Positions 13,548 through 23,119 of a stretch of DNA of 64,000 nt are shown piece after piece. The notes below the pieces were generated by a model. It was not told the DNA's origin, searched no databases, and worked only from the letters and a program-made list of their open reading frames with translations. The position numbers and the translations under genes are program-made. This DNA comes from Escherichia coli (GTDB lineage Bacteria > Pseudomonadota > Gammaproteobacteria > Enterobacterales > Enterobacteriaceae): the NCBI RefSeq assembly GCF_048403405.1, contig NZ_CP183129.1, one strand, 5' to 3'. Position 1 is the stretch's first letter. The number at the start of each line of letters is the position of its first letter.

Positions 13548-14612
13548 ATGAGTAAAGTGAAAAGTATCACCCGTGAATCCTGGATCCTGAGCACTTTCCC
13601 GGAGTGGGGTAGCTGGCTGAATGAAGAAATTGAACAAGAGCAGGTCGCCCCTGGCACATTTGCGATGTGGTGGCTAGGCTGCACCGGGATCTGGCTGAAA
13701 TCAGAAGGTGGCACCAACGTTTGCGTTGATTTCTGGTGCGGCACTGGCAAACAAAGTCACGGTAACCCGTTAATGAAACAGGGTCACCAGATGCAGCGCA
13801 TGGCTGGCGTGAAAAAACTGCAGCCAAACCTGCGCACCACCCCGTTTGTTCTTGATCCGTTTGCGATTCGCCAGATCGACGCGGTACTGGCGACTCACGA
13901 TCACAACGATCATATCGACGTTAACGTCGCTGCTGCCGTGATGCAGAACTGTGCTGATGACGTACCGTTCATTGGACCGAAAACCTGCGTTGATTTGTGG
14001 ATTGGCTGGGGCGTACCGAAAGAGCGTTGCATCGTGGTCAAACCGGGCGATGTTGTAAAAGTGAAAGACATTGAAATTCATGCGCTTGACGCTTTCGACC
14101 GTACTGCACTGATCACCCTGCCTGCCGATCAAAAAGCGGCTGGCGTACTGCCAGATGGCATGGACGATCGCGCAGTAAACTACCTGTTCAAAACCCCTGG
14201 CGGTTCCCTGTATCACAGTGGCGATTCCCACTACTCTAACTATTATGCGAAGCACGGTAACGAACATCAGATCGATGTGGCGTTAGGATCGTACGGTGAG
14301 AACCCGCGCGGTATTACCGACAAAATGACCAGCGCCGATATGCTGCGTATGGGTGAAGCCCTGAATGCGAAAGTGGTTATCCCGTTCCACCACGACATCT
14401 GGTCAAACTTTCAGGCCGATCCGCAAGAAATCCGCGTGCTGTGGGAGATGAAAAAAGATCGTCTGAAGTATGGCTTCAAGCCGTTTATCTGGCAGGTGGG
14501 CGGCAAATTTACCTGGCCGTTGGATAAAGACAACTTCGAGTACCACTATCCGCGTGGTTTCGATGATTGCTTCACTATTGAACCGGATCTGCCGTTCAAG
14601 TCATTCCTGTAA
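13548..14612 (+). CDS. ulaG: L-ascorbate-6-phosphate lactonase UlaG (metallo-beta-lactamase fold)
   Basis: ATG at 13548 gives [10 protein letters not shown]..., 354 aa; HDHNDH metal-binding motif present. Confidence 0.9.
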
Positions 14613-14625
14613 TCTGTCGTTTATA

Positions 14626-14657
14626 CCGGATAGCGTGGAGTAGTTCGCGCTATCCGG
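14626..14657 (+). terminator. REP-like hairpin downstream of ulaG (CCGGATAGCG ... CGCTATCCGG)
   Basis: 10-bp inverted repeat with a 12-nt loop, 14 nt after the ulaG stop; only a weak T-tract follows. Confidence 0.4.
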
Positions 14658-14719
14658 CGTAGTATTTCCTGGCTATTTCAAATATCATCTAAAAAAATCA
14701 AATTTTATCGGAATAGCTC

Positions 14720-15475
14720 ATGACTGAAGCACAAAGACATCAAATCCTCCTGGAAATGCTCGCACAATTGGGCTTTGTGACCGTTGAGAAAGTCGTTGAG
14801 CGTCTGGGAATTTCGCCTGCCACTGCGCGACGCGATATCAATAAACTTGACGAAAGCGGCAAACTGAAAAAAGTGCGCAATGGCGCAGAAGCTATTACCC
14901 AGCAGCGCCCACGCTGGACGCCGATGAATCTGCATCAGGCGCAGAATCACGATGAAAAAGTACGTATTGCTAAAGCGGCCTCGCAGCTGGTTAATCCGGG
15001 CGAAAGCGTAGTCATCAACTGCGGCTCCACCGCGTTTCTGCTTGGGCGGGAAATGTGTGGCAAGCCTGTGCAAATCATCACTAATTATCTACCGCTGGCA
15101 AATTACCTGATCGATCAGGAGCATGACAGCGTGATCATTATGGGCGGACAATACAACAAAAGTCAGTCCATCACTTTAAGCCCGCAAGGCAGCGAAAACA
15201 GTCTCTATGCCGGGCACTGGATGTTTACCAGCGGCAAAGGGCTGACAGCAGAAGGGTTGTATAAAACCGATATGCTGACGGCAATGGCAGAGCAGAAGAT
15301 GCTAAGCGTGGTAGGGAAACTGGTGGTACTGGTTGATAGCAGTAAGATTGGCGAACGCGCGGGAATGCTTTTTAGCCGTGCCGATCAAATCGATATGCTG
15401 ATCACCGGCAAAAATGCTAACCCGGAAATCCTGCAACAACTGGAAGCGCAAGGGGTCAGCATTCTGCGTGTTTAA
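14720..15475 (+). CDS. ulaR: DeoR-family HTH repressor of the ula operon, UlaR
   Basis: ORF 14720..15475, 251 aa; N-terminal HTH and DeoR C-terminal sugar-phosphate-binding domain. Confidence 0.9.
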
Positions 15476-16221
15476 AGATGCTGCCGGAAAAATGTCACGG
15501 CAGCATCTAACGCCTCAGGCGTAATGCGGTGACGCACGCCTGGCTGCCATGAACAGGTTAGCAGTTTATCCCGTCCCGTCTCGCTTAAGGCCTGCTGCAA
15601 ACGTAGTGATTCGTCGGCAGGCACGACGTCATCGTCAAGGCCATGCCACAGCAGTAGAGGTCTGTCACCAAGTTGTTCCAGGTGGTTTGTCGCTTCCCAC
15701 TCTGCCAGCGGCGCGACAATGTTATTGAATTCATTCTGCTGTGCTGCCGTTTCAGGTATCAGCGGTGGAAACAGTGAACGGGCGAGCGATGTAAAATAGC
15801 CCGATCCCATCATGCTGGCGGTACATTTCACCGTGGGGTGGCGAGCGGTAATTCCCAGTGCCGTCATCGCGCCCATCGACGCGCCACCGACTGCCAGACG
15901 GTCAGCAAGCAGCCAGTTTTCTTCGGCTATTGCCGCACGTAACGTAGTGAATTCCTGCATGCTTTGTAGCAAAATTTGCCAAAATTGATTTAACCGCCGC
16001 GCTGCGTCGCCCCTAAAACGGCTACCGTGATCGGGCGCATCCGGCATGATCACTCGCAAACCAGCCTGCGCCAGCGCAACGGCAAAATAGCTATACACCA
16101 GACTGGACGAAGTAAAGCCGTGATAAAAAATCGCGCACGGTAACGGGGTATCTTTTTGCCCGGCAGGATAAGCATGAAGAACGGGAATATCTGCCAGCTC
16201 GCGTGATTCTATTTCAATCAT
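15472..16221 (-). CDS. yjfP: Alpha/beta-hydrolase esterase YjfP
   Basis: ORF 15472..16221, 249 aa; GASMG serine-hydrolase motif; stop codon overlaps the ulaR stop on the opposite strand (TTAA). Confidence 0.85.
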
Positions 16222-16402
16222 CTGTCTCTCCTTTTTGTCTGGTATGACATGAAGAAATCCTTAGCACAAGTTTCTGCTGGCGGTATTAGTTCATAATGTT
16301 GAGATGTGGGTTACGCTTTCGTCACGTTTTCATTCGAAAATCGCGTACCAGGTAACAATTCGGGAACATTCCCCCAAAGTTAAATTAATAAGGCACTACA
16401 CT

Positions 16403-16732
16403 ATGGTTAGCAGGAAACGTAATAGCGTTATTTACCGGTTTGCCAGTTTATTATTGGTGTTGATGTTAAGTGCCTGTAGCGCACTGCAAGGTACGCCACA
16501 GCCAGCACCGCCAGTAACGGACCATCCGCAAGAGATTCGCCGCGACCAGACGCAAGGGTTACAGCGAATAGGTAGCGTAAGCACGATGGTTCGGGGTTCT
16601 CCGGATGACGCATTAGCAGAAATCAGAGCGAAAGCTGTCGCTGCAAAAGTTGATTATTACGTTGTCGTCATGGTGGACGAAACCATCGTGACAGGACAGT
16701 GGTATTCACAAGCCATTTTGTACCGTAAATAA
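16403..16732 (+). CDS. bsmA: DUF1471 lipoprotein BsmA (YjfO)
   Basis: Track ORF from 16304; ATG at 16403 gives MVSRKRNSVIYRFASLLLVLMLSAC... with a lipobox; 109 aa. Confidence 0.8.
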   Translation: MVSRKRNSVIYRFASLLLVLMLSACSALQGTPQPAPPVTDHPQEIRRDQTQGLQRIGSVSTMVRGSPDDALAEIRAKAVAAKVDYYVVVMVDETIVTGQWYSQAILYRK

Positions 16733-16880
16733 ATCAGACAACTTACATAGTCAGCTTTACATTGCTTTGCGTCCCTATGCGTTTACCTGTGCACAATAAA
16801 TTACCGGCTGGAAGCTCGGGCGTTTATTACCGCGATGGAATGCCCTGCAACATGTGGGGAAACGAAAAATGGAGCTGACG

Positions 16881-17156
16881 ATGAAACAATTACTTGCCTC
16901 ACCCTCGCTGCAATTAGTGACTTATCCTGCGAGCGCCACGGCACAGTCTGCAGAATTCGCCAGTGCTGACTGCGTGACAGGCCTGAATGAAATAGGTCAG
17001 ATCTCAGTTAGCAATATTTCAGGGGATCCGCAGGACGTGGAACGTATCGTGGCGTTAAAGGCCGATGAACAAGGTGCGTCATGGTACCGCATTATTACCA
17101 TGTACGAAGACCAGCAGCCTGATAACTGGCGCGTACAGGCGATACTGTATGCATGA
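16881..17156 (+). CDS. yjfN: DUF1471 small periplasmic protein YjfN
   Basis: ATG at 16881 gives MKQLLASPSLQL..., 91 aa; paralogous to BsmA and YjfY. Confidence 0.8.
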   Translation: MKQLLASPSLQLVTYPASATAQSAEFASADCVTGLNEIGQISVSNISGDPQDVERIVALKADEQGASWYRIITMYEDQQPDNWRVQAILYA

Positions 17157-17181
17157 GTATCATCTACAGCAAATGAACAAT

Positions 17182-17215
17182 GCCGGATGCGGCGCGAGCG
17201 CCTTGTCCGGCCTAT
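17182..17215. repeat. REP (repetitive extragenic palindromic) element between convergent yjfN and aidB
   Basis: GCCGGATGCGGCGCGAGCGCCTTGTCCGGCCTAT closely matches the enterobacterial REP consensus. Confidence 0.65.
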
Positions 17216-17272
17216 AATTTTCACATATTTCATTGAGTTAATTGAAACCAGCGTTGCATCAGTCGTATACGC

Positions 17273-18898
17273 TTACACACACACTCCCCCCGTCGCCCGC
17301 AGCAATAAATCATTCTGGATCTGCTCTGACAACCGTACGCCGCCGCGCGTATCTAACATCACCTGACACCACGCCTGCGCCATTGGCGGAGAGGCATATT
17401 TCAACATTTGCGCACCGCAGCCCAGCAGGAATAGCTGATGAGTAATCTCTCGCCCCAGTTCTTCAGCAGGCTTACGCAGCTGCTGCTGTAAACGACGTAC
17501 CGCGCGATCAAAATAGCGATCCTGCCCTTTCACTTCCACAAATGCTTCCGACAATAAGTCGTATACACCCGCTTGCTTATTGAGCACGCGCAGTACATCC
17601 AGGCACATAATATTACCGGAACCTTCCCAAATACTGTTTACCGGTATCTCCCGGTAAAGCCGCGGCAGCTCGCTCTCCTCGCAATAACCAATGCCGCCCA
17701 GCACCTCCATCGCTTCGGCCACAAACGGCATACCTCGTTTGCAGATCACAAATTTCGCCGCAGGCGTAAATAAACGCGCCCACAGAGCTTCTTTGGCATC
17801 GGCACGCCGGTCCCACGCTCGCGCAAGACGAAACAGCAACGCCGTTTGCCCTTCAAGCTGAAGTGCCATGCGACTTAAGACATGACGCATAAGGGGCTGT
17901 TGGATCAATGGATTACCAAAAACATGGCGTTGATGTGCATGATAAATCGCTAGCGAAAATGCACGGCGCATCATGGCATGGCTACCCAGGGCGCAATCAA
18001 AACGCGTCATCCCACCCATTTTCAGGATCAGACGAATTCCTTCCCCTTCCTGCCCCAACAACCAGCCAATGGCATCCTGAAACTCCACTTCGCAGCTGGC
18101 GTTAGAGCGATTACCCAGCTTATCTTTCAGCCGCTCGAGGCGAATCGCGTTGCGTTGCCCGTCAGGCAAAAAGCGCGGCACAAAAAAGCAGGACAAACCG
18201 CCCGTAGTCTGCGCCAGCACCAGATGCGCATCGCTTTGCGGCACCGAGAAAAACCATTTATGCCCCACCAGCCGATAAGAGCCATCTTCCAGGCGCTCTG
18301 CGCGGGTGGTGTTGCTCATGACATCGGAACCGCCCTGCTTTTCCGTCATTCCCATGCCAATCAACAAACCGCGTTTTTGCCCACCTGGCAATAAGTGAGA
18401 ATCGTAGCGATCGCTCAACAGCGGCGTGGTCCAGTCCTGAAACGGCGCGGGTAACATCTGTAACAGCAATGGCATGGCGGCAAAGGTCATCGTTATCGGA
18501 CATAACGACCCTGCCTCAACCTGTGCGTGCAACATAAAACGCGCCGCGCGCGCCACAAATGCGCCGGAGCGAGCGTCTTCTTCCCAGGCAAGATTGTGCA
18601 CCCGATTGGTACATAGCGCCTGCATCAGCAGGTGCCAGGCGGGGTGAAAACGCACATCGTCCAGACGCCGCCCCTGGGCATCGTAGCGCAATAATTCAGG
18701 CGGATTCACATTCGCCAGCCGCCCCAGTTCAAGGGATTCAGCCGTCCCTAACTGCTGACCAATACTGGCTAGAAAATCGCTATCCCAGCCAGCACCTTCA
18801 CGCGTTACCGCTTCGCAGAGCGCGCCATCAGACAGGTATAAGTTGCTGTTATTTAATGGCATAGGTTGATTAAAAACGGTGTGAGTTTGCCAGTGCAC
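17273..18898 (-). CDS. aidB: Acyl-CoA dehydrogenase-family adaptive-response protein AidB
   Basis: ORF 17273..18916; conventional GTG start at 18898 gives MVHWQTHTVF..., 541 aa; in-frame ATG at 18913 is an alternative. Confidence 0.9.
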   Translation of the reverse strand: MHWQTHTVFNQPMPLNNSNLYLSDGALCEAVTREGAGWDSDFLASIGQQLGTAESLELGRLANVNPPELLRYDAQGRRLDDVRFHPAWHLLMQALCTNRVHNLAWEEDARSGAFVARAARFMLHAQVEAGSLCPITMTFAAMPLLLQMLPAPFQDWTTPLLSDRYDSHLLPGGQKRGLLIGMGMTEKQGGSDVMSNTTRAERLEDGSYRLVGHKWFFSVPQSDAHLVLAQTTGGLSCFFVPRFLPDGQRNAIRLERLKDKLGNRSNASCEVEFQDAIGWLLGQEGEGIRLILKMGGMTRFDCALGSHAMMRRAFSLAIYHAHQRHVFGNPLIQQPLMRHVLSRMALQLEGQTALLFRLARAWDRRADAKEALWARLFTPAAKFVICKRGMPFVAEAMEVLGGIGYCEESELPRLYREIPVNSIWEGSGNIMCLDVLRVLNKQAGVYDLLSEAFVEVKGQDRYFDRAVRRLQQQLRKPAEELGREITHQLFLLGCGAQMLKYASPPMAQAWCQVMLDTRGGVRLSEQIQNDLLLRATGGVCV

Positions 18899-18981
18899 TG
18901 TGTCTCCCTCCATCAATGGCAGTCACCATTAGTATGGTCACTGCCATGGATTCATGACAGAAAGAGATTGCTAAAACATTC

Positions 18982-20145
18982 TTATCCAGCAATGTAATGC
19001 GGAACGAAACGTGAGGTGTCTTTGGTGATCAGCGTGTTATCTTCACGGATCCCCATTCCGCACGCTTCATCATCGACAATCCAGCTACCGATGAGTGTGT
19101 AGCTATCGCCAAATCGCGGCAGAGGTTGAAACGCCTGGTAGATCATCGGTTCATCGGCGTAATCACCATCAGCGTGGTCAACGACGTTATTCTGACCGTC
19201 GAAAATGGTGACGTTTCCGCCTTCGCGTGAGTAGATCGGTTTACGCACATAGCTTTCGCCAGCGGCAATCTGCGGTTTTTCGCCCTCAAACCAGGATGCA
19301 AGAAGGTTAGGATGACCAGGAAAGAAGCGCCAAAGCAGCGGCATTAACCCTTTGTTGCTCAAGATACTTTTCCATAACGGCTCCACCCATTGCTCGCGGC
19401 GCTTGCGCAGCAGCGGACCGTTATCGTCACGCATCATCCACTCCAGCGGATACAGCTTAAATGCACGCTGGATGACATTATCATCAAGATCGGTCAGTAC
19501 GCCGCCGACGCCCAAACCGAGATCTTCAATGTAGATAAACCGCGACTCCTGCCCTGCCTGCTGGGCGCAGTCCTGCAAGTACAGCACGGTACTCCTGTCT
19601 TCATCGGTGTCCTGACAGCAGCAAAAATAAAACGGTTCCCGACTGTAAAGCTCGCTAAAGCGCGAAATCAGGCGTTCCTGAATGGCATTGTACTGATCGG
19701 CATCACGCGGAATAATGCCGCTGCGCCGGGCATCCTCCAGCCACAGCCACTGGAAATAAGCCGATTCATACAACGAGGTTGGCGTATCGGCGTTGTACTC
19801 CAGCAGCTTCACCGGCGCATTGCCACACCAGGCAAAATCCATCCGGCCATAGAGCGAAGGATCGCGTGCGCGCCAGCTTTCGGCGATCACATCCCAGTAC
19901 AACGGCGGGATCGCCAGTTGCGTCAGGATCTCTTCGTCTTTAACCGCGCAATCCACCACCTCAAGGCACATCTGATGCAGTTCCGCAGTTGGTTTTTCGA
20001 TCTGCTCTTCAATCTGACGCAGGGTAAAGCGGTAAGCCCGACTCTCATCCCAATAGATTTCATTGTCGATGATATGAAAGTCGAAACCGTTGTCAGCGGC
20101 GATCTGGTCCAGATCCCGCCGCACAGGAACGTTGTGTCTCAGCAT
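18982..20145 (-). CDS. yjfC: ATP-grasp ligase of the glutathionylspermidine-synthetase-like family, YjfC
   Basis: Track ORF to 20160; ATG at 20145 gives MLRHNVPVRRD..., 387 aa; last gene of the yjfI-C cassette. Confidence 0.85.
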   Translation of the reverse strand: MLRHNVPVRRDLDQIAADNGFDFHIIDNEIYWDESRAYRFTLRQIEEQIEKPTAELHQMCLEVVDCAVKDEEILTQLAIPPLYWDVIAESWRARDPSLYGRMDFAWCGNAPVKLLEYNADTPTSLYESAYFQWLWLEDARRSGIIPRDADQYNAIQERLISRFSELYSREPFYFCCCQDTDEDRSTVLYLQDCAQQAGQESRFIYIEDLGLGVGGVLTDLDDNVIQRAFKLYPLEWMMRDDNGPLLRKRREQWVEPLWKSILSNKGLMPLLWRFFPGHPNLLASWFEGEKPQIAAGESYVRKPIYSREGGNVTIFDGQNNVVDHADGDYADEPMIYQAFQPLPRFGDSYTLIGSWIVDDEACGMGIREDNTLITKDTSRFVPHYIAG

Positions 20146-20147
20146 GA

Positions 20148-20786
20148 TTAGCCTCCCCAATGCCCACGGGCGCTGGAAGAACGACCATAGCCGCCGCGAG
20201 AAACGGTTGACGCTTTTTTGGTGGTAAAGCCGCCCGAAGAGTAAGACTCTTTTTTGCCAGAACCGGAGCGCCAGGAGTAATCACCAGAAGTGTTGCGCCA
20301 GACGGGGCGCGAAGCAAAAGAGGAACCGCCGCTGTTATACACAAACTGCTCGTCGCGATCTTTACGAATAACCCGGCTTAACAAAAATCCAGAAACAACC
20401 GGGATCCAACTCTGTTCAACGTTGTCGTAGTAACAATTTTCATACTTAGACTGACAATTCTGCTGAGTCATATTCTTCGGAACATCGGCATAAAACGCCG
20501 CTTTGGCGTTGTTCCAGCCATGAGCACAGATATCTGAATTATTACCGTCATCAATACAATCCTGCACAGTCGAGTAAAACGTTCCGTCGCCGTCGTTATC
20601 GACATCGCCATTATCGCCACAACCTTTCAATACGAAAAAAGCGGCACCGCCCATTAGCACCAACGTTAAGTATTTTTGTGCGTAGCGATTGCGGCGCGGC
20701 TCAAAAGGATTATGCGGTCTTCCAATGCGACTGATCGCTCCGTGACCAATTTTACTGTTATTTCTTGATTTGCGTTTTCTGGCCAT
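20148..20786 (-). CDS. yjfM: DUF1190 bitopic membrane protein YjfM
   Basis: ORF 20148..20786, 212 aa; basic N-terminus, one TM helix, Asp-rich GDNGDVDNDGDG loop, Cys-containing domain, Gly/Ser/Tyr/Arg-rich tail. Confidence 0.8.
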   Translation of the reverse strand: MARKRKSRNNSKIGHGAISRIGRPHNPFEPRRNRYAQKYLTLVLMGGAAFFVLKGCGDNGDVDNDGDGTFYSTVQDCIDDGNNSDICAHGWNNAKAAFYADVPKNMTQQNCQSKYENCYYDNVEQSWIPVVSGFLLSRVIRKDRDEQFVYNSGGSSFASRPVWRNTSGDYSWRSGSGKKESYSSGGFTTKKASTVSRGGYGRSSSARGHWGG

Positions 20787-20795
20787 GATCGTCCA

Positions 20796-21194
20796 TTACC
20801 ATGTCATACAAGCTGCGTTAAAAATACCGCCAGCCAGTGCGGCGGTTCCCATAAACATTCCTGCTGCGGTATTGTGATTAATAATTTTTTCGCTTAATGC
20901 GGGCATATAAAGTCTGACGCCAGCAAAAACGAGTAACTGAATCACCAGTGCGATCCCGCCCCAGGCGAAATAGTCTGGAATACTCACCGCATTGATTGCC
21001 GCACTGGATAACGGGATCACGTAACCCAACAATGTACCGCTGAACGCCAGTGACGCCGCGGTATTATTGTTTTTGATTAACTGCCATTCGTTGTGCGGTG
21101 TAATTTTAGAATAGATAAACAGAAAAATAATCACCATAGCCACGCCAATAAAAAAATAGGCACTAAAGGCAAGAAGTGAATCCAGTATATGCAT
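20796..21194 (-). CDS. yjfL: DUF350 inner-membrane protein YjfL
   Basis: ATG at 21194 gives MHILDSLLAFSAYFFIGVAMV..., 132 aa, about 4 TM helices. Confidence 0.8.
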   Translation of the reverse strand: MHILDSLLAFSAYFFIGVAMVIIFLFIYSKITPHNEWQLIKNNNTAASLAFSGTLLGYVIPLSSAAINAVSIPDYFAWGGIALVIQLLVFAGVRLYMPALSEKIINHNTAAGMFMGTAALAGGIFNAACMTW

Positions 21195-21211
21195 TGTAAA
21201 CGTCCTTGTAA

Positions 21212-21871
21212 TTAACCAATAATATGAAGTGATGTCAGCGGGATATCGACACCCAACGCGCGCGAAAATAACCACTCTGGCTCGCCGAGATCGTTAAAAG
21301 ATTCCTCACCATTTAGCAGCAAATATTCGTAAGTATCTTCGGTTACTTGCCGTTGGTAGCCCATGGTAAAATTATGGACCTCCCATTTGGCATGGTTTTG
21401 ATTTTCTACTTTTTCCAGCATGTAGACGGGTTCGATATTTCCCGGTTCTTCGCTGTTAAAAAATCGCTGCCAGCGTTTTTCCTGCCAGTTTAAGGTCATT
21501 GCCCCTATCGCTTTGGCATTGATCGTCTCGCGCCAGTGACTCTCTTTACTAATACCGTAGCTCTCTTCATAGACAAAGAGCTTGATATCATCAATGTCAT
21601 CAATATTTTCGCCGCCGGTGGTATTGATTTGCAGAAATTCATCGCCCGAAGTGTAGTAGCGGAAAATCTGGCTACCGCCGCCCAGATCGATGCGGCTGAC
21701 GGCGGCTACCGTAAATTCCTCACCCGGCAGCGCAATCAGCAATTCATCTTCCAGCAAACGAAACGCTAACGTGTCGAGCGTAAAACCACTATTGAGATGC
21801 AGACCCAGCGGACCGCGAGCGATAGCAGGCTTATTATCCTTGCCAAACAGACGCTGGAAAAAACCAGACAT
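21212..21871 (-). CDS. yjfK: DUF2491 protein YjfK
   Basis: ORF 21212..21871, 219 aa, soluble; recognised as YjfK. Confidence 0.8.
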   Translation of the reverse strand: MSGFFQRLFGKDNKPAIARGPLGLHLNSGFTLDTLAFRLLEDELLIALPGEEFTVAAVSRIDLGGGSQIFRYYTSGDEFLQINTTGGENIDDIDDIKLFVYEESYGISKESHWRETINAKAIGAMTLNWQEKRWQRFFNSEEPGNIEPVYMLEKVENQNHAKWEVHNFTMGYQRQVTEDTYEYLLLNGEESFNDLGEPEWLFSRALGVDIPLTSLHIIG

Positions 21872-21891
21872 ATTTTATCCTTAAAATAGTT

Positions 21892-21914
21892 GCCAGCCTT
21901 GCAGTGAGGCTGGC
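21892..21914 (-). other. Intra-operon stem-loop between yjfJ and yjfK (GCCAGCC-9 nt-GGCTGGC)
   Basis: 7-bp GC stem directly after the yjfJ stop codon, preceded on the transcript by U7 and followed 5 nt later by UUUU. Confidence 0.4.
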
Positions 21915-21921
21915 AAAAAAA

Positions 21922-22620
21922 TTACTCGCCCTGTTGGCGTTGCAGTCTTGCTAATACATCCTGGGCGCTACTTTTATTGCTACCGCCTATTCCGGCTTCC
22001 GCCAGCTTTTCATCAAGATCGCGACCGTCTGCGACTTTTTCCAACTGTGCAGCAGCATCCAGACGAGCCTGACGTTCGGCCTGACGCGTTTGCAGGCGTT
22101 TTAAGGATTCTGCCGCTGTCGAAACGCTGGAAGATGCGCCAACGGTAGAGGTCGTTACAGCCTGTTGTGCACGCTGCATGGCTTCAGTGGCTTTAACGAC
22201 TTCCATTTGCTGCTCAAACTGAGCGATACGCTGCGCTGTCGCTGTAACTGCTTTTTCCACGCCATCACGAGAGACTTCCAGATTCGACAACACTTGCTCT
22301 TCAGCGGTAATGAGATTCTCAAGGCGCGCGATTTCTTCAGCAACTTCGTTAATCAACGACGGATTAACGTTCTTGCTTAACGCTTCCAGCGCACGGGCTT
22401 CCAGACTGGCTTTGCGCTCACGTAAATCTTTCAGCTTATCGTGACTTAATTTCACCCGCGCCAGCAGATCAACGCGAGATTTTCCGGCTTTATCGAGTTC
22501 AGCTTTAGCGTCACGGATATGCTGTTCCAGCATGCGCACGCCCTGGGTTTCTTCAATGGATTCTTCCGCCTGGGAGATAAACGATTTCCCCAGCGTAAAT
22601 AAACTTTTTAAAATTCCCAT
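21922..22620 (-). CDS. yjfJ: PspA/IM30-family coiled-coil protein YjfJ
   Basis: ORF 21922..22620, 232 aa; MGILKSLF... N-terminus and heptad-rich Ala/Glu/Lys/Arg sequence resemble PspA/Vipp1. Confidence 0.85.
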   Translation of the reverse strand: MGILKSLFTLGKSFISQAEESIEETQGVRMLEQHIRDAKAELDKAGKSRVDLLARVKLSHDKLKDLRERKASLEARALEALSKNVNPSLINEVAEEIARLENLITAEEQVLSNLEVSRDGVEKAVTATAQRIAQFEQQMEVVKATEAMQRAQQAVTTSTVGASSSVSTAAESLKRLQTRQAERQARLDAAAQLEKVADGRDLDEKLAEAGIGGSNKSSAQDVLARLQRQQGE

Positions 22621-22638
22621 AAATACCCGTCCTTGTAA

Positions 22639-23040
22639 TTAGAGTGAATATTCTTCTGTAATTTCAGCCAGATCCAATGCGTTATCTACCAGCGAGGTTA
22701 TCTCAAGCAGGATATCTTCAAGAGAAGATTTAAGCGATAACGCCCCGAAAACAATGTAATACTCTTCATGTTGCACGCTGGAGATCCCTACCGATGACAA
22801 CGGCATCATCTTCTGATTTCTTAATAAGAAGGTATTAAATTCATCTGGATTGCTGATACTACTTACCGGACAAATAAAGGTTTCGATAATCATTTGGCGG
22901 GAAGTAAATAGAATATTGATTTGCAAATCGCCATAATCATTCATTTTAATAATTAATGCGTTCTCGCCATTTGTTACATCAATATTTTGTTCAGGTACAG
23001 TTTGCAGCGCCGTCGCCAGCGCCAACGGATTCCATGTCAT
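22639..23040 (-). CDS. yjfI: DUF2170 protein YjfI
   Basis: ORF 22639..23040, 133 aa, acidic small protein; first gene of the cassette. Confidence 0.8.
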   Translation of the reverse strand: MTWNPLALATALQTVPEQNIDVTNGENALIIKMNDYGDLQINILFTSRQMIIETFICPVSSISNPDEFNTFLLRNQKMMPLSSVGISSVQHEEYYIVFGALSLKSSLEDILLEITSLVDNALDLAEITEEYSL

Positions 23041-23119
23041 ATATTATTCCATATAAATTAAGTTTAAATATTAATAAAATGAATATTTGCAGTACGTAAT
23101 TATCTTACCAGCTATAGAC

